A stretch of 64,000 nucleotides of DNA from Desulfobacterales bacterium (lineage in GTDB: Bacteria > Desulfobacterota > Desulfobacteria > Desulfobacterales > UBA5852): the NCBI GenBank assembly GCA_963674755.2, contig CAXXVS010000002.1, positions 2,496,001 to 2,560,000 of the forward strand, in the 5' to 3' direction. Positions 51,438-61,906 of the stretch are shown piece after piece. Below the pieces are notes generated by a model, which was given only the letters and a program-made list of their open reading frames with translations, ran no database searches and was not told where the DNA came from. The first letter of the stretch is position 1. Every line of letters starts with the position of its first letter. Made by a program: the position numbers and the translations under genes.

Positions 51438-51920
51438 ATGCCAAGGGGCGGATGTCCACCTGTTGTTGCTTCGCGCGTCCGCAGGTTGGTTAAAAGGCAA
51501 ACCAGCGTGGGATCCATAGACGCCATTACCGACAAGGCCCAAAATCTCACCATTGTCACGGGGACCGGCCCGTTGACGGCGGATGAGCTTATCGACTGGG
51601 TTCAGCAGTATTATGCCGGCGAAGTTACCCGCTTTATCCTGTGGGATTTGACCAAAGCGACCCTCTCGGCCATTTCGTTTGAAGAGGTGGAGGCACATGC
51701 CAAATCCTTCAACCGGTTGACAGGGCCGCGCCAGGGCGGCCGGTCGGCGTTTGTTTTCGACTCAGACCTGGAGTACGGATTGGGCCGGATGTATCAAGCC
51801 CTGTCTGAAATTGAAAACGTCCCCATTGAATTTCAAACCTTCCGGGATATCGACGAAGCCCGCCAATGGCTGGGATTGGATGATGCCGGGACGGCCCTTG
51901 CCGGGGCCGATGAGGCTTAA
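51438..51920 (+). CDS. Hypothetical STAS/SpoIIAA-like protein (start uncertain)
   Basis: LWDL, AFVFDSDLEYGLGRMY, FRDIDEARQWL. Confidence 0.7.
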   Translation: MPRGGCPPVVASRVRRLVKRQTSVGSIDAITDKAQNLTIVTGTGPLTADELIDWVQQYYAGEVTRFILWDLTKATLSAISFEEVEAHAKSFNRLTGPRQGGRSAFVFDSDLEYGLGRMYQALSEIENVPIEFQTFRDIDEARQWLGLDDAGTALAGADEA

Positions 51921-52006
51921 GGATCCGGCTGATCGCAAGGCCGCCATCCCATCGGCCGCGGAAGCATCCCTGCCTGAGTGTCTGCATGCCCCCGTCGCAA
52001 GGCGCC

Positions 52007-52438
52007 TCATTGGGGAGCGGCCGGGCGCCAGACCTCGTCATCCGGGGTTACATGCAGGGTGAGTCCTGTCCTGCTGCGGATGCGCACCGGGCTCCCCTGC
52101 TCAATGGGCGGCCCGTCCCCGGCGCGCACCGCTTTCCAGCGCTCGCCGCGCACCTGGACGTAGCCGGAAGGATTCAACCTGCTTTTGGCGATGCCCAACT
52201 CACCGATCATGCTGCCGGCGGCACCCGGCGCGTCCTGATCGTAAGCCCGCCAGACGAAGGGAAACAGCACCGCATCTTTTATGATCCAGCCGCAAACAAG
52301 ACCCCAGAAGAGCCCATCGGGCATCATCCACCACTGCCGGACGACCAGGAGCGCAAGCACCACTACTGCCAGCTCGATCAGTTGCAGTGCGACATAACGC
52401 ACGTAGACCGATGGTTTTATGATGCCTTTGGGATGCAT
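52007..52438 (-). CDS. NfeD-family membrane protein
   Basis: Two TM helices; GYVQVRGERWKA, GLTLHV. Confidence 0.85.
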   Translation of the reverse strand: MHPKGIIKPSVYVRYVALQLIELAVVVLALLVVRQWWMMPDGLFWGLVCGWIIKDAVLFPFVWRAYDQDAPGAAGSMIGELGIAKSRLNPSGYVQVRGERWKAVRAGDGPPIEQGSPVRIRSRTGLTLHVTPDDEVWRPAAPQ

Positions 52439-52469
52439 CGTGCGATCCGACGGGCAGAGCCCCCGTGCC

Positions 52470-52913
52470 TCACGGCTTTGGCTTCTTGCCCTTTTCCTTG
52501 CCCTGGTGCTTGGCGTTGTCGCCGCCGTTCTCACCGTAGAGATCCTGATGCTGTTTCAAGGCGTGAAATTCTTTTGAGCCGGGCTTGATGCCGAGACTCT
52601 TGGCCAGCACCCCCCAGCCCTGGCCCTTATGATCATCGTAGCGTTCGACCACGCGCCCGATGGGCTGACCGGCGATCTCACCCAGCCGGAAAAGCATATA
52701 GGCCTCGGCCGGACTCGGAACATGGGCCAATACGGCATCGATTTCCAAATACCCTATTTTGAAACGCGCCTCCATCCTGGCCCGAAAGTCCATGGGGTTG
52801 GCCTCGGCGCGAGTGTTAACGTCCCGCATCCAGCCGAAATCCCCTGATGCCAAGACGGCCGCGCCAACCAAAATGACGGCCAGCACCATACTAAATCGTA
52901 AAATAAGCTTCAT
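52470..52913 (-). CDS. Exported hypothetical protein
   Basis: Signal peptide; GWGVLAKSLGIKPGSKEFHALK; Lys-rich tail. Confidence 0.75.
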   Translation of the reverse strand: MKLILRFSMVLAVILVGAAVLASGDFGWMRDVNTRAEANPMDFRARMEARFKIGYLEIDAVLAHVPSPAEAYMLFRLGEIAGQPIGRVVERYDDHKGQGWGVLAKSLGIKPGSKEFHALKQHQDLYGENGGDNAKHQGKEKGKKPKP

Positions 52914-53034
52914 GGTCCGCATCCTTTCCGTATTTCAGCTATCGATAGGAAACACTCAGGACCTGTTTTTCATCGGCCGCACTTTGTATAGCCTGGGGAA
53001 CCCAAATTATCAAATGCGGGGCCTATTTAGATCA

Positions 53035-53904
53035 CTAAAAATTCTCCCTGATTCTTAGAAAGGAAGGGAATCGTGGTATACCCGACGCATAAAAACCGTA
53101 ATATTTGAACGTGATAAGTGATCCGACAGGAGGCGGATTTTCTCTTACGGCATCGGAAAACCCGGTACCGATCTTGAACTCAATAGTTTTATCCGGCAAA
53201 GCCACCAGCAAGGCCCCCATTCGGCCCGCGTTCCTGCCCTTCCCTGGAAGCTGCGCGATCACCACGGCTTCCATATCGTCGTAGCTTTTGACCTTCAGGA
53301 TGTCCCGGCTGCGCCCGGGGGAATAGGGGGATCCGCGTCTTCTGAGGATGATGCCCTCTCCACCGAGCTTTTCGATGCGATGAAGCTCACTGTCCAAATA
53401 CTTCTGATTTACCACCGGCCGGTGTTCGATGACAAACGCATATGCGGAAGGATGTTCGTCAAACCACTTGGCGGCTTGGCTCAATCGCGTTTCAAATCCA
53501 CCGGGGGCTTCGGGGGCATCGAATATGGCGAACTGCAATTCCAGCCACCCGTCGTGCGACCCTTGTTGCTTGACGATACCGATGGTCTTTTCAAAGGTGT
53601 TGCGTCCCCCCCAGAGTTCCCCTTCAACCGGAAAATCCGGGAAATTGCGGGTAAACGCCGCAGGCGGATCGAAGGGGTTTCCACTCTTGGATAAGAGCCG
53701 ATGGCCGTCCCAATAGCCCCTCACTCCGTCAAGTTTCTCGCTCATCAGCCAGTCGGAAAAATTAATGTGGCCGTCGTATACAAGCGGCAGCATGACATCC
53801 GAAGCATGTATATATGATCCCGGAAAAACCGTCAGGATAACAATCAGAAGAACCATATACTTCGAAATGGTGCCATCACGAAACGCTTCCTCATTGATGA
53901 TCAT
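53035..53904 (-). CDS. Minimal ATP-dependent DNA ligase (Lig E type) with N-terminal hydrophobic segment
   Basis: SEKLDGVRGYWDG, GELW, FD, GEG, LKVK, IGTGF, PRFP. Confidence 0.9.
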   Translation of the reverse strand: MIINEEAFRDGTISKYMVLLIVILTVFPGSYIHASDVMLPLVYDGHINFSDWLMSEKLDGVRGYWDGHRLLSKSGNPFDPPAAFTRNFPDFPVEGELWGGRNTFEKTIGIVKQQGSHDGWLELQFAIFDAPEAPGGFETRLSQAAKWFDEHPSAYAFVIEHRPVVNQKYLDSELHRIEKLGGEGIILRRRGSPYSPGRSRDILKVKSYDDMEAVVIAQLPGKGRNAGRMGALLVALPDKTIEFKIGTGFSDAVRENPPPVGSLITFKYYGFYASGIPRFPSFLRIRENF

Positions 53905-53991
53905 TTTTTATGCTTTCATGGTTTGTTCGGACTGGATGGAATTCACCTTTCAGAAGATCAAATGCTGCTAACGCTAATGGAAAAGCTCCGC

Positions 53992-55002
53992 TCAAAAAGT
54001 ATTCTGGGACCCGGTTCGCTCGGCGGGCGTTATATCCTTCGGGAGCGCGGCCGCCCCTAAATCCGGCGTCCGCGACGGCGGCAGGAAGGTCGACATTTCG
54101 ATGCCCATGGGCTCGGACGGCGCGGTCTCGTCTTTGCCGGCACTCTTGGGGGGCAGGATGGTCTCGATAGCCACCCGGTAGACCCGGGCCAGATGATGGG
54201 CCACTTCCGTCATGGGCAGGCCGGCCTCCACGGCGGCCAGATAGGCGTCTACGGCCCCATTGGGATCGCCCCGGCGCTCATGGAGCTGCCCCAGGACCAC
54301 CAGGGCCTCCTGGCGCTCCCGGCCAGTCGCTTCGTTGGCCGCGCCGTCGATCAGCGCCGCCGCCAGGTCGTCATCCGTCTGACCGAAGAAGAGCAGGTAG
54401 CCCGCAAAGAGCCGGTAGCGCACACTTCCTGTCAGCGGATCGGCCGTCTCGGCCATCTTTTGGCGCATCTCGCCCAAACGGCCCGGCGTGATGCCCATGG
54501 TATCGTTGGCCAGCAGCCGGAGGGGAATATCTTCTTCCAGGATGGCCTCCACCTCCGCCCGTCGATCCGCCATGACCAAAGGGTAGAGCTGATTCAGGCT
54601 TACCCCGGCCGCCTTGAGCGGCGCGCGTTCCTTGTGGACCTGGGCCACCATGATGAAGGGCTGCAGGTCTGCCTCCAGCTCCGGGTCCGCTGCAATGGCT
54701 TGCCGGTAATGCGATAGCGCTCCGGGATAGTCTTCCTGGATTAAGGATATGTTACCCAGGGCGGCGTGGGCCGGTCCGTAATCCGGGTCCATTGCGATGA
54801 CCGCTTCGAAGCCCTCTCCGGCCCCCGCATAGTCGCCCTCTTTGTAGAGCTTGCAGGCCCCCTGGTAGCGATGCAGGGTCTCTTTGCGGTAGAGTTCGGT
54901 TCGCAGACCGCTGCAGGACCAAAGGAGTGCAAGAAGAAAAATCACCAAAACTAAGAATCCAATGGTGCGGATCGGTGTCCCTATCAGTATTCTGTTTTCC
55001 AT
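53992..55002 (-). CDS. TPR-containing lipoprotein
   Basis: LWSC lipobox-like; TPR helices (AHAALGNI...ALSHYRQAIAADP). Confidence 0.8.
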   Translation of the reverse strand: MENRILIGTPIRTIGFLVLVIFLLALLWSCSGLRTELYRKETLHRYQGACKLYKEGDYAGAGEGFEAVIAMDPDYGPAHAALGNISLIQEDYPGALSHYRQAIAADPELEADLQPFIMVAQVHKERAPLKAAGVSLNQLYPLVMADRRAEVEAILEEDIPLRLLANDTMGITPGRLGEMRQKMAETADPLTGSVRYRLFAGYLLFFGQTDDDLAAALIDGAANEATGRERQEALVVLGQLHERRGDPNGAVDAYLAAVEAGLPMTEVAHHLARVYRVAIETILPPKSAGKDETAPSEPMGIEMSTFLPPSRTPDLGAAALPKDITPAERTGSQNTF

Positions 55003-55020
55003 TCCTCATTACCTCTGTTT

Positions 55021-56814
55021 TTAAAACCGCAGTCCCATGCCCACTTCCACCTGCTTTTCAAACTCGAACGCTGCGCGGTTACCCAGCGACGCATAGGTCA
55101 CCACCTGGTAACGGTGCAGAAATTCCCGGCGATATTCCACCCGCCCGAAAGCGTTAAAGCCGCTGTCCTCGGCGTTCTCACTGTAACGGCCCTGGAGCTG
55201 CACCCCCCAGCGCCGGTTGTCCCAGTCCAGGCGCAGATTGGTTTCCTCATAGGGGGAGAGCGTGGAGGCGTCGATGCTGCGTCGGATCCATTCCAGCGCC
55301 ACCCGGGCGGTCTGCTCCTCCCGCCGGTAAGCTGTGTCCAAGGTAAAACGCCAGGTGCCGCTGGCCTCCGCATCGACGCGGTTCACCTGCAAACTGGACG
55401 TCCACCAGGGGTTCCATTGGTGGGTGGCCGTCCCCAGGAAAGTGTTGCTGGTGCCGAATTCATTCTCCTGGCCGTACCAGTTGAGAAAAAAGGTGTCCCG
55501 CTCGCCGGCGGCAAAACGCAGGGAGGCATCCATTTCACGCAGGGTTTCATCGTCGCTGTGGCGGTTGAGATCAAAAAACTGCATGGTGAAGATGGGGTTT
55601 TTAAAGTAGCGCCAGGTGCTGGGGAGAACGACGTCGGCACCGGCCTCAATACCCCTGGCATCCGTGGTGACCCCGTGCAGCGGGTCGGCAAAATCGGCGA
55701 AAAAGTTCTCCCCCAGGTCGATGTAGCCGCCTGTCAACCGCAGCCGCCCCTGATCGAAGGCCGCCAGGGCCGTATAGCCGTTGTCAGTGCCCTTCACAGT
55801 GTCCTCGGTGTGAGCATATTCCACGGACAACGTTAAAGGCTCGATAATGGGCACCAGCAGGTCGGCGGCCATGGCCTGGTTGCGGTAGCGGTCCTCGCCG
55901 CCGTCGGCCAGCCGGGCCTCCTGGTGGGTGAAACCCGCCCCCCAGCGCCAGCCGCCGTCCTCCCCGAAACGCAAACGGGCCGCCGCCCCGGAGGCCTCCG
56001 TGTCCACATCCCCCTCGGTGGTGAAGGCCAGCCCCGTAGCCTGCCAGGCCCCCAACGCCTGGTCCGCCCGGAAGCCGAACTTCTTGCGTGCGCTTTTATA
56101 ATCGCTGAAGAGTTTGATGGGGTCTTCAAAGTCCCCCAGGCTGTCCCGGAACACCCCCTTGATCCGGCCCTCGGCCCAACGCTGCTCCACAAAGGCCTGG
56201 CTGGCGTCATAGTTGGTGTCCCCGCCGGGATAGGTGTCGATGGCGTCCAGGACGCCGTCCGCCCGGCGGGTGTCGTCGGCATAGGAAAGCCGGGTGCGCA
56301 CCCGCACCTGTCCTGAATCTTCATGGTTTTCCCCGTCATGACGCCAGAAGGAAGACACCGCGCCGCTGATCTTATAGCGGTGCTCTTCCGGCGGGAGAAG
56401 TTCCGGTACAGGGCCGCCTGGCGCGGCCGGCATCGCGGCGATGCGGGCCGCCACCACGCTGCGGCCAATCGTGCCGTCCTTGAAACGCGCCTCGAAGACC
56501 AGCTGGTAGTTGCCCTCGGGCAGCCGGTCGCCATTGGCATCCCGGCCGTTCCATTCAAAGATGTGGTCTCCCGCCAAAAGTTCGATAAAACGCTCTTGGA
56601 GGACCACCTGTCCCCGGAAGTCACGGATACGCACCGCCACCTCTTCGGCATCCTTGCGCAGCTCGTAGGGCACGACAAGCGGCCCCTTGTCCGGGTCGAA
56701 GATGCCTGCATCGTTCAACGGGATATTCAGGTTCTGTTGCGCTGTCGATGGGCGAGGGAAAACCATCAGCGAGACGAAAAGAAGTGTTGCGCAGATGAAC
56801 CGGGATCGAACCAT
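55021..56814 (-). CDS. Exported protein with N-terminal FlgD-type Ig domain and probable outer-membrane beta-barrel
   Basis: ATG 56814 overlaps upstream TGA; signal peptide; FEWNGRDANGDRLPEGNY; amphipathic strands; C-terminal VGMGLRF. Confidence 0.75.
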   Translation of the reverse strand: MVRSRFICATLLFVSLMVFPRPSTAQQNLNIPLNDAGIFDPDKGPLVVPYELRKDAEEVAVRIRDFRGQVVLQERFIELLAGDHIFEWNGRDANGDRLPEGNYQLVFEARFKDGTIGRSVVAARIAAMPAAPGGPVPELLPPEEHRYKISGAVSSFWRHDGENHEDSGQVRVRTRLSYADDTRRADGVLDAIDTYPGGDTNYDASQAFVEQRWAEGRIKGVFRDSLGDFEDPIKLFSDYKSARKKFGFRADQALGAWQATGLAFTTEGDVDTEASGAAARLRFGEDGGWRWGAGFTHQEARLADGGEDRYRNQAMAADLLVPIIEPLTLSVEYAHTEDTVKGTDNGYTALAAFDQGRLRLTGGYIDLGENFFADFADPLHGVTTDARGIEAGADVVLPSTWRYFKNPIFTMQFFDLNRHSDDETLREMDASLRFAAGERDTFFLNWYGQENEFGTSNTFLGTATHQWNPWWTSSLQVNRVDAEASGTWRFTLDTAYRREEQTARVALEWIRRSIDASTLSPYEETNLRLDWDNRRWGVQLQGRYSENAEDSGFNAFGRVEYRREFLHRYQVVTYASLGNRAAFEFEKQVEVGMGLRF

Positions 56815-59800
56815 CAGGAGCAACCCCTTACAGTGATGGCGATGGTATCGATTGCTTGAACCCCTTCGGTGGTGGTGATGGTGGCCTTGATCTCGTAGAA
56901 TCCCCCAGGCCAATATGAGCCATCCCCGCAATTCACCCTGAAGTTGGAGCCGTCGATGACGGTGACCGGGCAGGTGAGTCCGGCCCAGGGCGCATCCACG
57001 GTAATGTCGCCCAGCGTTCCGCTGCCGGTACTGTAGGTCCCCGTCACCGTCAAGTTGTTGCACTGGTCCAAATTTCCCTGGGACGGCGACGTAATGGTGA
57101 TGGCGGGCGGCGTAAAGGAAACCGTGCGGAAGATGTATCCCGCCGCCGATCCTCTTGCGCCGTTGCTGTCCGCTCCGCTCACCTCGATGGTGTTGGCGCC
57201 GTCCGCCAGTGTCACCGTGGCTTCGAAACGGCCGCCATCCCGGTTGAAGGCCACGGGCCCCTGAAGCACGCCGTTGACGCGGATCTCCATCCAGTCGATG
57301 AACTCGGCCTCGCTTGCAACGATGCCCTGCACGCGGACGCTGCCGGCCGTGGTGGTGGGGGGCATGCGGTCCAGGGTAATCGTCAGACCCGCATCGATGG
57401 GAATGGATGGCTGGTAAATCGGCAGCTTCAGGGGCAAAACAAATTCTTCCCCCGGCCCGCAATCGAGGGTGAGGTCCAAATAGGCTTCATAGGGATCGCT
57501 GATGGTCTTCTCCAGGATGTCCCTGCCGATGTCGAGGTCAAATCCTTTCATGGGAACCACGGTGCTGCCGGGCACCATAAGGCCGTAATCCACACTTGCG
57601 GTTTCCACCCGGATGTCGGTGTCCTCGGACGTCAGGCGGCCGATACAGGCCAGATCATCATCGGTGTCGTTGTGCAGGGTGATGAAAAGCCGCACCAGCT
57701 CGCCGGGATTGGCCTGCCCGTCGCCGTTTTGATGCTCGAGCTCCATCAGCGTCAGATTTTCAATAAAAAGGTCCTGGCCGCCGCTCTGATAGGCTGTGGT
57801 GATCTCGGCAGCCCTCGTGAAGCGCAGGCTGTCGCGGGCCTGGTTGCCGTGGCTGTCCGTGGCCGTGATTTCAGCCCGATGGGGACCATCGGACAACTCC
57901 AGGGGACCGTCCACCGCAAAGTAGCCGCTGGCCGGATCGAAGTAGAAATGGGATGGATCCAGGGGCTGACCGTCGATGATCAATGACAGACCGCCGATGT
58001 CCAGATCGCCCCCCATATCGATGATCATGGCGGTCAGGGCCGGCCCGCCGATTTGCCGCACCGCATCGGGCATCACCTTGAAGTCGTAGATGTAGGGGGC
58101 CAGCTTAAAATCGAAAGCCGCCGTTGTTTCGGCCCAGAGGCCTGTGGCGTCCGTGGCCCGGAAACGGGCCAGGTGCGGACCTTCCCCCACCCCGGCCGCA
58201 TAACCGGCTTTGTAGTCGAACCGGCTGCGCCAGTCAGCGTCGGGCCTATTGGAGTAGAGGGTAAGGGGCTGGAGCACCTGCTCATCCAGCCACAAGGTGG
58301 TTTTCTCGGGAACAATCCGGGAGTCGTCCCTGGCCTCGCCCGTCATGAAGGCGGAAGCATTCACGCCATTGCGGGTCGTCGACTGATTGGACGCCTGGGT
58401 TTCGGCCGTCAGGCTTACGTCAGGGGGATCACGCGGTATGACAACGTCGATATCGACAAAGCTGCGGTTGCCCGCCTTGTCCCTCGCGTAAATCCGGAAT
58501 GAAAAAAACTCTCCCTTGGGGGGTGGCGTGAACTTGCTGGTGAGAATGCCGTTTTGAAAAGTGAAATCCGGTTGGCGGCCTGCGTTGCTGCTCCGGTAGT
58601 CCCAGTGAGCGATGCTGTTGGCGGAATCGCTGCTGACGTTCATATCGATCTCAAGCTCGGACAGGGGCATGCCGTGATCGTGGATGGAAGCCTTCAGAAC
58701 CTGTGTTCCCGCATCGAACGAGGGCCGGATGACCGGCGCCAGGATGTCGCGCTCCTCGGCATGGCATTGTGTTATGACCCCTCGTCCCAGTGAGAGCCCG
58801 CATGTAAAACCCGCATTGCGCATGGGGATGTTGCGGTTGCCGGCCCGGGCCATGACGATGTAATAAAATGGTCGGCCTTTGTTTGTATTTTGCGTGCCCG
58901 TCATGGCAAGGGAGGTGCCCCCCGCCCCCCCTCCGGATGGCAGGGCCATGGGCTCATAAAGCCGCTTGTCGTAGCTCTCTCCCACGATCTCCACATACAG
59001 GGGCAACTGCTTCGAGACCGCCTTGGCACTTTCTTTGATGTTCGCGGGATCCAGGGAGCGCAGCTGGACCAGAACCAGGGATTCCGGGCTGCTGTTGAGC
59101 GGCACGAATTGACCGTTGCGGTAATAGCCCCAGGTCATGACGTCCTGGCAAATTTTCACGATGGCTTTACCCTCACCGGTCGTTCCTATGATCTGATCTA
59201 CACCCTTTGTATTCGGGCTGTAGCTGTAAGTCTTGTGTACCGTTGCCTCCGTGCTCTCCTGGGTATCCTCTTGCGGTTCGGCCTCTCCGAATACCTGGCA
59301 GCTATCCGTCGTGGTCTGTTTGGCCAGATCCGTCACGCTCAAACTCGCGGTCTGCACGGAAACCGGTGTGAAGGGCAACTCGGCGGTAAGTTCTCCCGTC
59401 TGGGAATCGAACTCCGCATCCAGACGCATACCGGAAAGCCAGAGGGCGATGGAAAGATCCTCCGGAGGGGTCCCCTCATCCTCAATCCTGGCATTTAGGG
59501 TGTTGGCCTCTCGGTCGTAACGGAAGCTCTCGATCTCCGGCGGATCCAGGCAGACCACGACATCGCCTTCGGTTGTCATGGTGCGGCTGGTGGCGCCCGC
59601 ACCGCCCGTGAGGTCCCAAAATTGGGCGTTTTTGTGGGCAGCGGCGATTTTGTAATGCACCGTTCCCTCCCGGGCCGGCCCCTGGGCCACGCAGGCCTCC
59701 CCCTGGCGCTCGAACCAGTATTTTCTTCCTAGAAACGCGAACCAGGAAGCACCCGTGTCCATCATTTCGATGGGGGCGGCCCACACTTGAGCGATAAGCT

Positions 59801-61226
59801 GATCGCCTTCCTGTTCCACCCGCAGGTTGAACGGTTCGGCGGCGGTTTCTAAATAAACCGGGATGGAAATGGTCTCGTAGGTATAGATAAACGCGTCTTC
59901 CGCTATGTGATAATAGGTGTTGTCTTCAATATCGTAGACGTCCTTTTGCTGCTGGGCTTCACAATAATCGACCTTCGACGGGTCGATACGGCAGGATACG
60001 GGGACCGTTACCAGGAGGGCGTCGATCTGGTCGCCCATGGCGGCGGGATTGACCTGATGGATCGTGAACGATACGCGGCTGTCCTTGAAATCGCTGTCTT
60101 CCAATTTGTGAGCGATGATATTGCCGGATGTGCTTTGAATCTCGATGCGATCACTGACAGCCTTTTGAAAAAAGGCGTTCATGGTGACCACTTCGGATTC
60201 CGTTTCCTTGTCGATCGCCTCCCATTGACGCATGAGTTCGCGTACTTTTTCGGGATAAGAATAGTTCTTGCCGTAGCAGCCGCGGGTAAACACATCGAGC
60301 TGCCTGTCACTTCCCACGGTCAGGGCCATGGCGCTGAAAGCGGGCTGCACAAGGAATTCCATCTCCGTTTCGATATAGGTCTCCCGCCCCTTGCATTTAT
60401 AAATTTCGAAAACCGGGGACACGAGACTCCGGATGGTGAATGTTTCGCTGGCCTGTGCCACGTTACCGGCCCGATCCTGCAGGGATACCGAAACGGTGAA
60501 ACTTGAATCGTGCGCGGCGGCGCCGTCGGGAAAGGCCACGAAAACCGTCAGACTGAGCTCGTTCGCATCGAAAGAGAAAATCCTGTCTTGAAGCGATGCG
60601 CCGCTGACCACCACGTTCAGGGCGCACTCCACCGGGTCGATGGACACGCCCGAACCTTCCTCCGGGTCGGTGATCCGAAAGCGGACCGCTCCGGCGGTGC
60701 GGGGGAAGATATCCCCCTCGGGTTCCACCCGCTCGATGAGGGGGGGCTTGGAATCCACGAAAATGAGCAGTTCTTTACGGTCCTTCTGGCTGCCCTCGCG
60801 GGTAAGGGTCTTGACCGCACCCCGGTGCCGGCCGTCGGCCAGGCCCGGTAGCTTGCCGCTCAAGTCCATTTGTCCGCCCTGCCCGGGCGCAAGTTGAATT
60901 GCAATCGCGTTGTCGTTGGCCGTGGCCTCCACCAGAGAGGGATCATCGGGAACGGCGCCGGGGGTCTGATCGGGGACCAGCGTCGCCGCCACCGCATCCC
61001 GGCCGGAGTTGACATAGACCACTTGGTCGCTAGGGGGATCCGCGGCCCAAAGCCCATGGGGACAGGCGCAGCCAACGGCTAAACCAAGCAGCAGTGCCAT
61101 CCTGAGCCTGGCGGCTGTCCATCGCAACCGGGCTATGGCACGGCAAACGGAACTGAAAACGCCGGATGCTATGGCCGGCAAGAAACATCTGCGGACACTT
61201 TGCGGGAATCGTCGATACGGGGTCAT
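56814..61226 (-). CDS. Large exported multi-Ig-like (Big) domain protein, 1470 aa
   Basis: Signal-like N-terminus; repeated DxxPPxI...DxAGN / GxHxxxxxATD / LADGANTI modules; NGDGQANPGE module. Confidence 0.8.
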   Translation of the reverse strand: MTPYRRFPQSVRRCFLPAIASGVFSSVCRAIARLRWTAARLRMALLLGLAVGCACPHGLWAADPPSDQVVYVNSGRDAVAATLVPDQTPGAVPDDPSLVEATANDNAIAIQLAPGQGGQMDLSGKLPGLADGRHRGAVKTLTREGSQKDRKELLIFVDSKPPLIERVEPEGDIFPRTAGAVRFRITDPEEGSGVSIDPVECALNVVVSGASLQDRIFSFDANELSLTVFVAFPDGAAAHDSSFTVSVSLQDRAGNVAQASETFTIRSLVSPVFEIYKCKGRETYIETEMEFLVQPAFSAMALTVGSDRQLDVFTRGCYGKNYSYPEKVRELMRQWEAIDKETESEVVTMNAFFQKAVSDRIEIQSTSGNIIAHKLEDSDFKDSRVSFTIHQVNPAAMGDQIDALLVTVPVSCRIDPSKVDYCEAQQQKDVYDIEDNTYYHIAEDAFIYTYETISIPVYLETAAEPFNLRVEQEGDQLIAQVWAAPIEMMDTGASWFAFLGRKYWFERQGEACVAQGPAREGTVHYKIAAAHKNAQFWDLTGGAGATSRTMTTEGDVVVCLDPPEIESFRYDREANTLNARIEDEGTPPEDLSIALWLSGMRLDAEFDSQTGELTAELPFTPVSVQTASLSVTDLAKQTTTDSCQVFGEAEPQEDTQESTEATVHKTYSYSPNTKGVDQIIGTTGEGKAIVKICQDVMTWGYYRNGQFVPLNSSPESLVLVQLRSLDPANIKESAKAVSKQLPLYVEIVGESYDKRLYEPMALPSGGGAGGTSLAMTGTQNTNKGRPFYYIVMARAGNRNIPMRNAGFTCGLSLGRGVITQCHAEERDILAPVIRPSFDAGTQVLKASIHDHGMPLSELEIDMNVSSDSANSIAHWDYRSSNAGRQPDFTFQNGILTSKFTPPPKGEFFSFRIYARDKAGNRSFVDIDVVIPRDPPDVSLTAETQASNQSTTRNGVNASAFMTGEARDDSRIVPEKTTLWLDEQVLQPLTLYSNRPDADWRSRFDYKAGYAAGVGEGPHLARFRATDATGLWAETTAAFDFKLAPYIYDFKVMPDAVRQIGGPALTAMIIDMGGDLDIGGLSLIIDGQPLDPSHFYFDPASGYFAVDGPLELSDGPHRAEITATDSHGNQARDSLRFTRAAEITTAYQSGGQDLFIENLTLMELEHQNGDGQANPGELVRLFITLHNDTDDDLACIGRLTSEDTDIRVETASVDYGLMVPGSTVVPMKGFDLDIGRDILEKTISDPYEAYLDLTLDCGPGEEFVLPLKLPIYQPSIPIDAGLTITLDRMPPTTTAGSVRVQGIVASEAEFIDWMEIRVNGVLQGPVAFNRDGGRFEATVTLADGANTIEVSGADSNGARGSAAGYIFRTVSFTPPAITITSPSQGNLDQCNNLTVTGTYSTGSGTLGDITVDAPWAGLTCPVTVIDGSNFRVNCGDGSYWPGGFYEIKATITTTEGVQAIDTIAITVRGCS

Positions 61227-61428
61227 AGGCTCGGCATTCGATAAGGTTGAGACCCCTTAGGGGGTCAGACAGGATAAACCGGGTGGCGCCATTGCATGGC
61301 GCACGTCCCCGGCGCGCCCCTGGTGATGGGTGCCCCTGTCACCTGGTGCGCATGATGAAGTGGTCTTGAAGGCGCGTCAGCGTAATGGCCGGACAGCCGT
61401 CCTTCGATCCGATAACGACTCTGTCCAT

Positions 61429-61444
61429 GGCAAAATGAGTGCCA
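61429..61444 (-). promoter_or_regulatory. Sigma54 promoter for Ig/barrel/TPR operon
   Basis: Minus strand TGGCACTCATTTTGCC. Confidence 0.75.
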
Positions 61445-61906
61445 ACTCCCCCTACGCAGAATGATTAACGGGACGCATGGGTCCCCGTGGACGAGGCATA
61501 GATGGCGGTCGACTCCGGGGAACCAAAGGCAGGTTAGCGTGGAAAATCAGAACCATATTTTGACGGTGGGGTGTTCAAGTTTATCCCTCCAAGGGGAATC
61601 GCGGCATGATCAAAAAAAAGTTTTCTGCCCGACAGCTTGCTTTCCGCAAACCGTGGCAAGGTTGTTCAGGCTGGCTGTCCGCCCTGTAAGATGGGCGGCC
61701 TGCCTTGCAAAATGGGCACCGGTGGCAGGCAAAATCGTGTTCGCGGGCCGGCCGTCTCGCCATCCGAGAACTTGTCCACAGCCGTCACCTAACGGATGAT
61801 CTTGCAGAAACATATCTGGTAGGCACGATAAAACCGCCCCGAAAGCGATGACGATAAAAAGCTCAAGATATCGGCAGCAATAACCGATAAGATTTCCAAG
61901 TCTGTT

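Noticed and set aside
55021..57462. 813-aa N-terminally extended barrel ORF
   Set aside because: The first 216 codons overlap the Ig gene in another frame; the signal peptide begins at ATG 56814.
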